From contig JALNZI010000008.1 in assembly GCA_023229385.1 (NCBI GenBank), positions 1 to 56,797 of the forward strand: a stretch of 56,797 nucleotides of DNA, given 5' to 3'. Under the pieces are notes generated by a model. It saw only the letters and a program-made list of their open reading frames with translations, had not been told where the DNA came from and did not search any database. Below, piece by piece: positions 43,516-52,317 of the stretch (position 1 is its first letter; every line of letters starts with the position of its first letter). This DNA comes from Candidatus Omnitrophota bacterium. Its GTDB lineage: Bacteria; Omnitrophota; Gorgyraeia; Gygaellales; Profunditerraquicolaceae. The position numbers and the translations under genes are program-made.

Positions 43516-44207
43516 TATGGTCCGTACCTAAAATATGGGAAGGTGGTGATGCTTGGATATTAGGTGGTGGACCATCTATTATTGATCAATTTAATATACC
43601 TAAAGAGGTGTCAGAAAAGGTATTATTGAAACAATTACCTTTGTCTGCATATTCAAGTTATATGAAACTTATTCATGATAAACATGTTATAGGTATAAAT
43701 ATAGCTTATTTAATAGGTAATTGGATTGATATTGTATTTTTTGGAGATAAAAATTTTTATCTTACACATAAGGAAGGTTTGTTTAATTTTCCGGGATTAA
43801 AAATTAGCTGTAATCCAGAAGTTGAAAAATGTTTTTGGATAAAATATTTAGCACAAGATAAAGCTAAACATTTAGGAATTACAACAAATCCAAAAATGAT
43901 TAGTTGGAATAAAAATAGTGGAGCTGCTGCTATAAGTTTGGCTGTTCATACAGGAGTTAAAAGAATATTTCTTTTAGGTTTTGATATGAAATTGAATGAT
44001 GCAAATAAACAGCATTGGCATAGTGAATATAAAAATCCACAAGAACCATTAAATTTAAGAAAGTTGCCATTTCAAAGACATTTAACTGGTTTTCCTAGTA
44101 TTTATAAAGATGCAAAGAATCTAAATGTACAAATTTACAATGTAAATTCAGATAGTGCAATTACACAATTTCCATGTATTAATTTAAAAGAAGCTTTGGA
44201 ATTATGA
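43512..44207 (+). CDS. putative Rossmann-type glycosyl/sugar-nucleotide transferase (DUF115/MptE-like)
   Basis: GGDAWILGGGPS...HVIGINIAYL...GAAAISLAVHTGVKRIFLLGFDM. The GxGPS and LGxD blocks are typical of that family. Confidence 0.35.
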   Translation: MIWSVPKIWEGGDAWILGGGPSIIDQFNIPKEVSEKVLLKQLPLSAYSSYMKLIHDKHVIGINIAYLIGNWIDIVFFGDKNFYLTHKEGLFNFPGLKISCNPEVEKCFWIKYLAQDKAKHLGITTNPKMISWNKNSGAAAISLAVHTGVKRIFLLGFDMKLNDANKQHWHSEYKNPQEPLNLRKLPFQRHLTGFPSIYKDAKNLNVQIYNVNSDSAITQFPCINLKEALEL

Positions 44208-45409
44208 AAATTATAAATTGTCCAATTAGTGGTAGTGAAAAAGGGGTAGAATTTCTTAATTTAGGAAAAATACCACTTGTAAATAATTTATGTGATACAA
44301 AACAAGACGCATTAAATTGTGAAAAGTTTTCATTAGCTGTTCAGTTTTTTCCTGAAAGTAAAGTTACTTGTTTAACAGAAACGGTGGATAAGGACAATTT
44401 ATTTCTTCATTATTTGTATCAATCGGGTGTAAATAAGCCTTATTTAGATCATTGTGCTGAAATGTATGATTATTTATCCCATATTATTGATTTTAAAGAC
44501 AAAGATGTTGTATTAGACATTGGTGGAAATGATGGTAGTTTATTAAAAGAATTTAGAAAGGAAAATCAAAATCTTCATTATATAAATGTTGATTGCAGTC
44601 GTAGTTTTATTGATGTTAATCGAGAATCTGGAATTGAATATATTAACGAATATTTTGGTGAAAGTATATCTTTACCATATAAAGCTAAGTTGATTACATC
44701 AACAAATGTATTTCAACACACGGAACCCATACGTTCATTCGTAAAAGGTATTTGTAGGAATTTGTCAAATGAAGGTGTTTGGTGTTTGGAATTTCCTTAT
44801 ATTCTTACAACACTTGCAAATGATAATTATGATCAGGTTTATCATGAACATGTGTATTATTTTTGTTTACAGAATATAATTGATATAACAAAACAAGAAG
44901 GCTTAAAAGTCATTAATGTTTCTTATCATGATATGCACGCTGGAACATTGCGAGTTTTAATTGTGAAAGAATCTTCACGCAGACAACCAGATAATACAAT
45001 ACTTTCTTTTCTTAATTTGGAAAAAACACTAACAAAAGAATACTATTTGAAGTGGGGATCACAAACAACATCGAAAATTAAGCAATATCAGGTAGATATG
45101 AAAAGACTTGTTATGAATGGTGCAAAGGTTGCTTGTTTTGGTGCTGCTGCAAAAGGGTGCATCTTTTTAAATACTTGTGAAATAGATAACACAATGGTAC
45201 AATTTATTATTGATGATACTCCTTTTAAGCAAGGTAAATTTGTTCCGGGAACAGGAATAGAAGTTGTAAGCAGAAAAATATTAAAAGATGTTAAAATAGA
45301 TTATATGATTATTCTTGCTCATAATTTTAAAGATTATATAATAAATTCATTAAAGGGGCAATATAATGGTAAATATATTTTAATGTTTCCTGATATGAAA
45401 ATATTATAA
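44204..45409 (+). CDS. sugar C-methyltransferase family protein (TylC3/EvaC-like; N-terminal Zn-like domain, SAM-binding domain, C-methyltransferase C-terminal domain)
   Basis: NCPISGSEKGVEFLNLGKIPLVNNL resembles CxxCGSxxLxxVLDLGxQPLAN. Motif I is VVLDIGGNDGSLL. The C-terminal domain is CFGAAAKGCIFLN...IDDTPFKQGKFVPGTGIEVVS...MIILAHNFKDYI. Confidence 0.65.
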   Translation: MKIINCPISGSEKGVEFLNLGKIPLVNNLCDTKQDALNCEKFSLAVQFFPESKVTCLTETVDKDNLFLHYLYQSGVNKPYLDHCAEMYDYLSHIIDFKDKDVVLDIGGNDGSLLKEFRKENQNLHYINVDCSRSFIDVNRESGIEYINEYFGESISLPYKAKLITSTNVFQHTEPIRSFVKGICRNLSNEGVWCLEFPYILTTLANDNYDQVYHEHVYYFCLQNIIDITKQEGLKVINVSYHDMHAGTLRVLIVKESSRRQPDNTILSFLNLEKTLTKEYYLKWGSQTTSKIKQYQVDMKRLVMNGAKVACFGAAAKGCIFLNTCEIDNTMVQFIIDDTPFKQGKFVPGTGIEVVSRKILKDVKIDYMIILAHNFKDYIINSLKGQYNGKYILMFPDMKIL

Positions 45410-45432
45410 TATTGTGAAATAAATATAATTAT

Positions 45433-46290
45433 ATGCTAACAGCTAGCAATATCGAAAAAATTTGTATTGTCACAGTATTTGATAGACATTATAAAGAAGC
45501 AGGGAAAACTTTGTTTAATTCAATCAGAAGGCATACAAATTGTGATGGAATAGATTTTAAAGTTATTACATCAGATGAGGAAGTATTAAATGAATGGGGA
45601 AAGGATAATTGTTATTTTGTAACGGATAATATTAAAAATAGGTATAAGAATGTTCAATATTCTAAGGATTTACCTATTGAGCGATATGCTTTATCATGGT
45701 ACAGATATGAAATATTCAATATGACTGATTACGATAGAGTAATATGTATTGATTCTGATTGTATATGTGTTCAAGATATTAGTTATTTATTTAGTGAAGA
45801 ATTAAATCAGTATGATCTTATTTCTGTTGAAGATCATTTTGTATCAAAAATACTACCTAATTTATATTCTAAATTAGAAAAGAATGGTTGGAACTTTACA
45901 AATTTATACAAAAGGGTTTCTTTAAAACAAGTTGATATTCAACCTGCTGTACTTGTAATTAATAAGAATGTCATAAATAGTATATGGTATAATGAGTTAT
46001 TAGCTTATGCTAATAATACGGGTTTTACTTATTCTATTGATCAAGGTATTCTAAATGATTTTATTTATCAAAAAAATATAAATATCAAATTACTACCGTT
46101 GGAATGGAATTATCAAGACCTTTATGCTATTCGTTGTTCAGAACTTGCAGTAGTTAATCCAATTATAATTCATTGTCAAGAATCCAAACCTTTTAAACTT
46201 GTTAGAAAAAATGTAGATGTACGAATACAAAAATTTTATGATCAATGGTGGTATGAATATGATTATGCCAAATCATTGAAAACAACAACA
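45433..46290 (+). repeat. internal duplication, copy 1 of the GT8-like domain
   Basis: About 60-70% nt identity to 46294-47110. It includes an exact 42-bp match at 45775-45816 (gatattagttatttatttagtgaagaattaaatcagtatgat). Confidence 0.8.
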
Positions 46291-48687
46291 AGGATGAAAG
46301 GTAAGATATGTATAACTACTACATTTGATTATAACTATAAACATGCAGGACAAACTTTGCTTAGTTCAATCAGAAGACATACAAATTGTGATGGAATTGA
46401 TTTTAAAATAATTACTAACGATCCAAAGGTTGTGGCTGAGTTTGGAGCAGAAAACTGTCATATTATTACTCCTGAAATACAAGCCAATTATAATAACGTG
46501 AAATATATTACTGATATTCCTAAAGAACAATATTATTCTTCGTGGTATCGTTATGAGATGTTTAATTTTGAGGGATATGATCGGGTAATATGTATTGATT
46601 CTGATTGCATTTGTATTGAAGATATTAGTTATTTATTTAGTGAAGAATTAAATCAGTATGATTTAATATCAACAGAGGACATGATTGTTTCTCACATGTT
46701 TAAACAACATATTCCTTCGTTAGAGAAGAACTACGGATTAAATTTAGTAGGTTTACGACGTAGAATAGCTGCTGGTCAGGTTGATATTCAACCGGCATTA
46801 CTTGTTGCTAATAAAAAAATTGTAAATAATAAATGGTATAAGCAATTAATAACTTATGCCAATACAACAAATCATACTTATTCTATTGACGAAGGTATCT
46901 TAAATGATTTTATTTATTTGAAAAGATTGAACATTAAGATATTACCAATGGAATGGAATTATATGGATACTTATGGTGCTCAAATATTGGAACTTCCTGA
47001 ACCTAAAAAACCTTTTATTGTGCATTGTCAAGAATCTAAACCTTTTAAAAAGGATAAAGCAGATGTTAATGTGCGAATACACAAATGGCATAATAAATGG
47101 TGGGAAGAAGCTAATCATATAAAATATTCAACTATTGTTGCTATTATTGTTTGGAATAGATTTGAAAATCTAAAATTATGGGTAAATGCTTGGAATCAAT
47201 GTATTCAAAGTGATGTTAAGTTAATAGTTGTTCACAATCTTGAAAGTGACAATAATAGATATTCTCAGTTATGTAAAGATAACGGAATAATGTATATTCC
47301 AAGAGAAAATAAAGGTTTTGATATTGGGGCTTTTCAAGATGTATGTAAAGAAAGATTGGAAGGTTTTCCTAATGATTGGGAAAATTTAATCTGGATTACT
47401 GATGATTGTATTCCAATGGCAAAAGATTTTGTTGAACAATTTTTAAAATGTTTACCAAAAATACCTTGTTATGAAATATCTCAGGAAGTAAAAACTCATG
47501 TTAGAACTACCGGATTTTTAGTCACCAAAGAAATATCTAAAAAACTTGTTTTTCCAAAAGACCCGATAGAGAATAGGGAAGATTGCTATCAATTTGAACA
47601 TAAAGGCTTTTTACAAGTTAAAAATATGTATGAACAGATTGTTAGTATGGGAAAACAACCAGTAATGGTTAATAAGGATTTAAGGTTATCTCCATTATGG
47701 GATTCAGGAGTAAGATGGCAACTTAAATTAATGGGTAAACATGAAGCTATTTTTCCATTTATTAAAATAAATGTTGAACCGATAAAAGTAGATGTTAAAC
47801 TAGTTGAAGCAGAATTACCTATAAGAAAACCAATTCGATGGAAAAAAATGGGTAATGGTTCCTTTTTATTTAATAATTGTTATATTAAAAAAAATCAAGT
47901 ATTTACTGCATTTTCTGAAGATATTCCAAAACAGTTTCGTGATGTAATTATTCCATTAGAAGAAATAGTTTCGGAAATTAAAAAAGTTATTCCAGTTGAA
48001 CCGGTTAAATTAAATAGTAAACCGATTATATATAATGTTTTGGATGAGTTGGCTATTAAGCATAAATCAGATAAGTCTTCTAGGTATCATAATTACGCAG
48101 TAAAATATGATAAAATATTATTTCCGTTTAGAGAATCATTTTCATCAATTTTAGAAATTGGTGTATCACAGGGACAGTCTACAAAAATGTGGACCGATTA
48201 TTTTGAGAATGCTACTATTCACGGTGCAGATATTGAAAAAGGTTCTAAAATTTGTGAATCATATTCTAATAGAGTAAAATTTCATGAACTTGACCAACGA
48301 GATTTAGCACAACTTAAAAATCTTGAACAATTTTCTCCATTTGATTTTGTAATAGATGATGGTAATCATTTTTGGTTTGAACAAATTCTTACATTTGAGG
48401 CTTTGTTTCCTTATGTTAGAAAAGGAGGAATATATATTGTTGAAGATACTACTACTTCTTATTGGGAGGAATATAAAAATAATCCGATTTCACCCGTAGA
48501 ATATTTTAAGACATTGGTAGATGAAGTTCATCTTAAAGGGGCAAGAGGAAATATTCCTATAAATCCCCCGCAGGAATTTGGTAATTGGGAAAAAGGGTGG
48601 CATCGTAGGGAAGATTGTTTTGAATCAGTACCTTTATTTGAATCAATTCAATTTATGAATGGTTTTATTGTAATTTATAAAAGATAA
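45433..48687 (+). CDS. 1084-aa multidomain fusion: GT8-like + GT8-like + GT-A (GT2-like) + shared 50-aa module + TylF/MycF-like O-methyltransferase
   Basis: The two GT8 units each carry the donor-site DxD block VICIDSDCIC(V/I)(Q/E)DI and the HxxGxxKPF block (IIHCQESKPF and IVHCQESKPF). The GT-A block is IVAIIVWNRFENLKLWVNAW...LIWITDDCIP. The O-methyltransferase has motif I ILEIGVSQGQSTKMW, then DFVIDDGNH and GGIYIVEDT. Confidence 0.7.
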   Translation: MLTASNIEKICIVTVFDRHYKEAGKTLFNSIRRHTNCDGIDFKVITSDEEVLNEWGKDNCYFVTDNIKNRYKNVQYSKDLPIERYALSWYRYEIFNMTDYDRVICIDSDCICVQDISYLFSEELNQYDLISVEDHFVSKILPNLYSKLEKNGWNFTNLYKRVSLKQVDIQPAVLVINKNVINSIWYNELLAYANNTGFTYSIDQGILNDFIYQKNINIKLLPLEWNYQDLYAIRCSELAVVNPIIIHCQESKPFKLVRKNVDVRIQKFYDQWWYEYDYAKSLKTTTRMKGKICITTTFDYNYKHAGQTLLSSIRRHTNCDGIDFKIITNDPKVVAEFGAENCHIITPEIQANYNNVKYITDIPKEQYYSSWYRYEMFNFEGYDRVICIDSDCICIEDISYLFSEELNQYDLISTEDMIVSHMFKQHIPSLEKNYGLNLVGLRRRIAAGQVDIQPALLVANKKIVNNKWYKQLITYANTTNHTYSIDEGILNDFIYLKRLNIKILPMEWNYMDTYGAQILELPEPKKPFIVHCQESKPFKKDKADVNVRIHKWHNKWWEEANHIKYSTIVAIIVWNRFENLKLWVNAWNQCIQSDVKLIVVHNLESDNNRYSQLCKDNGIMYIPRENKGFDIGAFQDVCKERLEGFPNDWENLIWITDDCIPMAKDFVEQFLKCLPKIPCYEISQEVKTHVRTTGFLVTKEISKKLVFPKDPIENREDCYQFEHKGFLQVKNMYEQIVSMGKQPVMVNKDLRLSPLWDSGVRWQLKLMGKHEAIFPFIKINVEPIKVDVKLVEAELPIRKPIRWKKMGNGSFLFNNCYIKKNQVFTAFSEDIPKQFRDVIIPLEEIVSEIKKVIPVEPVKLNSKPIIYNVLDELAIKHKSDKSSRYHNYAVKYDKILFPFRESFSSILEIGVSQGQSTKMWTDYFENATIHGADIEKGSKICESYSNRVKFHELDQRDLAQLKNLEQFSPFDFVIDDGNHFWFEQILTFEALFPYVRKGGIYIVEDTTTSYWEEYKNNPISPVEYFKTLVDEVHLKGARGNIPINPPQEFGNWEKGWHRREDCFESVPLFESIQFMNGFIVIYKR
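46294..47110 (+). repeat. internal duplication, copy 2 of the GT8-like domain
   Basis: Exact 42-bp match at 46621-46662, with parallel protein blocks HAGQTLLSSIRRHTNCDGIDFKIIT and EAGKTLFNSIRRHTNCDGIDFKVIT. Confidence 0.8.
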
Positions 48688-48688
48688 A

Positions 48689-49384
48689 ATGCTTGTATTA
48701 ATCACACCAACAGGAAGTCGTCCAAAGCAATTTGAATTATGTATGCAATGGATGAAGCAACAAACTTATACAGGTAAAGTTGTTTGGATTGTTATAGATG
48801 ATTGTTTTCCTAAAACAATAGATATTCTTAATGAAGATTTTCGTGAAAATTGGTTAATAATTAAAAAATACCCAAAACCTTTATGGGAAATTGGGAAAAA
48901 TACACAGGGTAGAAATTTAAAAATTGCTATTGATACTATTAATGCTTTTCCTAAAGATTGGGTTGAAACAATTTATATAATTGAAGATGATGATTATTAT
49001 AAACCTGAATATTTACAAACAATGAAAGACCGTTTGAAAGGGTTTACATTAGCAGGTGAGGTTAAAACAGTATATTATAACATTAAGTATAAAATGTTTA
49101 AGGAAATGGCTAATACAAGCCATGCAAGCCTATTTCAAATATGCTTTACAGCTGATGCTTTACCTATACTTGAAAAATATCTAAATGATGGATTTATTGA
49201 TATTAATTTTTGTAAAAATATAAAGAATATTAATTTATTTGAAGCTAATAAATTAGCAATAGGTATAAAAGGTTTACCTGGAAGACCTGGAATAGGAATT
49301 GGGCATAGACAAAAAGGAATTTTAGATATAAATTTAAACAAGTTAAAAGAATTAATTGGTGAAGATTATAAATATTATTTATAA
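48689..49384 (+). CDS. putative GT-A-fold glycosyltransferase
   Basis: N-terminal LITPTGSRPKQFELCMQWMKQQ (GT-A beta1-alpha1) and an acidic EDDDYY (DxD-like) block. Confidence 0.4.
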   Translation: MLVLITPTGSRPKQFELCMQWMKQQTYTGKVVWIVIDDCFPKTIDILNEDFRENWLIIKKYPKPLWEIGKNTQGRNLKIAIDTINAFPKDWVETIYIIEDDDYYKPEYLQTMKDRLKGFTLAGEVKTVYYNIKYKMFKEMANTSHASLFQICFTADALPILEKYLNDGFIDINFCKNIKNINLFEANKLAIGIKGLPGRPGIGIGHRQKGILDINLNKLKELIGEDYKYYL

Positions 49385-50073
49385 TGCTAAGAAAAATACA
49401 ACATAATCCTATTTTCATAACCGGAGTTGAACGTTCGGGTAGTACTATTATTGCAAGAATTTTAGATTTGTGTAATGTAAGTTCTGGAAATTGTAATAAT
49501 ATGTTTGAAAATGTTATTATTAATGAATTTAATACAGATTATTTGAAGAATTTTTCATTAACTTTTCCTAAAACAGCAGATATTGACATACCAATAAGAT
49601 GGAAAGGTGCAGTTGATGGTGTTTTATTGGTTGAGAATTGCCTTGACAAGCCCTATATGGTTAAATCTGCTATGTTAGCAAGGTTATGGCCAATATGGAA
49701 TTATGCTTATCCTGATGCCAAATGGTTAATAGTTCGTAGGCGTACAGGAGACGTAATACAGTCTTGTTTAAAAACAGGTTATATGAAAACTTTTAAATCT
49801 GCTGAAAATTTATTATCTTTGGGTCTTACAAAAGAAGCAGAAGGTTGGCTTTGGTGGATACATCAATACGAAAATAAATTTGTTGAAATGATTAAAGCTG
49901 GTTTAAATTGTAGAATTATATGGCCTGAAAGAATGGTTACTGGCAATTATGAACAAATGTATGAAACAATTGAATGGTTAGGTTTAAAATGGAATGAACA
50001 AATACCAGAAATTATTGATCCATTATTAAGTAAAAGTAGGGAGGGTATTATATATGAGAACAACAGTAGATGA
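49384..50073 (+). CDS. sulfotransferase family protein
   Basis: The 5'-PSB-like motif is PIFITGVERSGSTIIARIL (compare PxFIxGxxRSGTT). The 3'-PB-like motif is AKWLIVRRRTGDVIQS (RxxxDxxxS). Confidence 0.6.
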   Translation: MLRKIQHNPIFITGVERSGSTIIARILDLCNVSSGNCNNMFENVIINEFNTDYLKNFSLTFPKTADIDIPIRWKGAVDGVLLVENCLDKPYMVKSAMLARLWPIWNYAYPDAKWLIVRRRTGDVIQSCLKTGYMKTFKSAENLLSLGLTKEAEGWLWWIHQYENKFVEMIKAGLNCRIIWPERMVTGNYEQMYETIEWLGLKWNEQIPEIIDPLLSKSREGIIYENNSR

Positions 50074-50425
50074 TGTAATTGATATTTTAGATAATACAGA
50101 ATTAGATGATTCTGTTATTGAAAAATATATTAATAGTGCAAATGTATTTGTTACAGGTACATTAGGTACAACTTTGAGTGTGTCTATTCTTACAGAAATT
50201 GAAAAATGGATGGCTGCACACATGATTGTTTCAACTCGTGAACGTATGTCTAAAGATGAAGGTGCTGGTGGGGCTTATATTAAATGGTCTGGTCAATGGG
50301 GTATGGGTTTAAACTTCACACCTTATGGTCAAATGGCAGTTGCTTTGGATACCACAGGAGTATTAAATAACATAGCAAAGGGTAAATCTAATGCTTGGGT
50401 TCATGCTATACCTAATTTTGATTAA
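50054..50425 (+). CDS. head-tail connector/adaptor protein (gp6-like)
   Basis: Size, position and an SD of gtagggagggtattatatATG. It has the SVSILTEIEKWMAAHMI helix typical of head-tail adaptors. Confidence 0.45.
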   Translation: MRTTVDDVIDILDNTELDDSVIEKYINSANVFVTGTLGTTLSVSILTEIEKWMAAHMIVSTRERMSKDEGAGGAYIKWSGQWGMGLNFTPYGQMAVALDTTGVLNNIAKGKSNAWVHAIPNFD

Positions 50426-50427
50426 AA

Positions 50428-50832
50428 ATGACAACTTATAAAGGTATAGAAAAAGTTGCAAAACGATTTTGTGTTGAAACTTGTGTTTATTGGGGTAATC
50501 CGGTAAATGATGGTTATGGTGGCTATACTTTTGATGATCCAATTGAAATAAAATGTAGATGGGAAAATAAAATGGAATTTAATATAGGTTGGATGTCAAC
50601 TGGTTTTCCTGCTAATTTACTTTTATCAAAAGCTTCTGTATTAGTATTACAAGATGTAGATTTGGAAGGTTATATGTATCTTGGAACATTAGTAAGTTTA
50701 AATGCTTATGATACTGCAAAACCTATTGAAATAAATGGTGCTTATCCAATACATAGGTTTGATAAGATTCCTATGGTACGAAAAACAGATGAATTTGTTA
50801 GAATTGCTTGGTTGTATGATCAAGGTAAATAA
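50428..50832 (+). CDS. putative head closure/neck protein
   Basis: Assigned from position in a conserved siphovirus gene order. Confidence 0.3.
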   Translation: MTTYKGIEKVAKRFCVETCVYWGNPVNDGYGGYTFDDPIEIKCRWENKMEFNIGWMSTGFPANLLLSKASVLVLQDVDLEGYMYLGTLVSLNAYDTAKPIEINGAYPIHRFDKIPMVRKTDEFVRIAWLYDQGK

Positions 50833-50835
50833 ATT

Positions 50836-51369
50836 GTGAATATGTCAAATCAAGGATTTTTTATAAAGAATACAAGAATACCTTCACTTGGTAAAGGTGG
50901 AACTAAGTTTGGATTCTATTGTAGAATAACTGGGTATGAAAATGTAGAACGTGGTTTGCTTATTCAAATAGCTAAAATGAAAAAGCGAACAAAGATAGGC
51001 TTACATGAAGCTGTTGAACATTTACATAAAGACATTCAAGAAGGACCATATCCACAAGAACCTTGGGGAGAAGATAGGTATGTGGGTGGTGTTATGGTAC
51101 ATAAGGGAGGAACTTTAAGTAATTCTTGGGAAACAAAAGATGTTGGTGGTGTAGACAGTCCAGAAATAATTTTTGGTTATAATATGAATAAAGCTCCTTA
51201 TGCTTGGTATGTACATGAAATGACTAGTCCACCTTATGGTGATGTACAATGGACAAAAGATGTTAGACCAAATGCAGGTCCTCAATGGCTTACAGTTGGA
51301 ATACAAAGAAATAAACCTATTATGTTATCTATTATTGCTATGAATGCAAGTGTGGAGGGAAAAATATAA
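50836..51369 (+). CDS. putative neck/tail completion protein
   Basis: Assigned from position. Confidence 0.3.
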   Translation: MNMSNQGFFIKNTRIPSLGKGGTKFGFYCRITGYENVERGLLIQIAKMKKRTKIGLHEAVEHLHKDIQEGPYPQEPWGEDRYVGGVMVHKGGTLSNSWETKDVGGVDSPEIIFGYNMNKAPYAWYVHEMTSPPYGDVQWTKDVRPNAGPQWLTVGIQRNKPIMLSIIAMNASVEGKI

Positions 51370-51767
51370 TGAATGCAAGTGCTGTTGATATTAAACAGAT
51401 TATTGAATATTACTATGCTGAAGATAGTTATGTTGGTGATTTATATCCTATATTTATAGGGAAAGAACCAGCATCACCAGTTAATACTATTTCTATTTTT
51501 GAAACAATGGGTTATCATCAATTAACATTTAACAAATGTGAAATATATGAGTATCCATCTATTCAAATTAGAATAAGATCATCTTCTTACTTAGAAGGTT
51601 GGCAGATGATTGCTGATATAAAGGAAATATTACATGGCCGGGCAAGTGAGACATGGAATGGTACTTTATATACTTTGATTCGTTGTGCAGGTGGTCCGGC
51701 ATTATTGGATTTTGACAAAGATCAAAGAGTGCGTTTTATATGTAATTTTAACATTCAGAGACGATGA
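51369..51767 (+). CDS. putative tail terminator protein
   Basis: Position immediately before the major tail protein gene. Confidence 0.3.
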   Translation: MNASAVDIKQIIEYYYAEDSYVGDLYPIFIGKEPASPVNTISIFETMGYHQLTFNKCEIYEYPSIQIRIRSSSYLEGWQMIADIKEILHGRASETWNGTLYTLIRCAGGPALLDFDKDQRVRFICNFNIQRR

Positions 51768-51794
51768 TTTGTCTTAATAAAAGGAGGTAAAATT

Positions 51795-52250
51795 ATGGGT
51801 TGTGCTTTAGATAGTAGTAATGCTATTGCTGGTGTTGGTACAATTTTTCATAGATGGGATGATGTTTCATCATGGGTTGAATTGGCAGAAATTAATTCAA
51901 TTTCTGGTCCGTCTATGTCACGAGAAACGATTGATGTAACATCACTAAGTTCAACAGGGGGCTTTAAAGAGTTCATTGCTGGATTTCGTGACGGTGGTAC
52001 TGTAAATTTAACAATGAACTTTACAAGGGCTACATTTTCTATTATTTATGCGGATTTTGAAGATGATTCTCCACATTTTTATGAAATTGTATTACCTGAT
52101 GATGTAAATACTTCATTTGAATTTTGTGGTTTGGTAACAGAATGCCCGTTGGATATTCCAACAGATGATAAGATAACTGTAAGTGTTACTATTAAAATAT
52201 CTGGAAGGGTTGCTATGAATAGTGGTGGAAGTGCTGCACCTTCATCCTAA
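51795..52250 (+). CDS. major tail protein (TP901-1-like)
   Basis: Size of 151 aa, an SD of aaaggaggtaaaattATG, and Ser/Thr/Gly-rich beta-type composition. It lies immediately upstream of the chaperone pair and tape measure gene. Confidence 0.55.
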   Translation: MGCALDSSNAIAGVGTIFHRWDDVSSWVELAEINSISGPSMSRETIDVTSLSSTGGFKEFIAGFRDGGTVNLTMNFTRATFSIIYADFEDDSPHFYEIVLPDDVNTSFEFCGLVTECPLDIPTDDKITVSVTIKISGRVAMNSGGSAAPSS

Positions 52251-52266
52251 TAATTAAAATAATAAA

Positions 52267-52288
52267 GCTAATCAAGCAATTTTTTATT
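52267..52288 (+). terminator. weak terminator-like element sharing the CTAATCAAG loop motif with the element after the capsid gene
   Basis: GCT-aatca-AGC followed by aaTTTTTTaTT. The stem is only 3 bp. Confidence 0.25.
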
Positions 52289-52317
52289 CATAAAAATAAA
52301 TTTAAAAATTAATCAAA

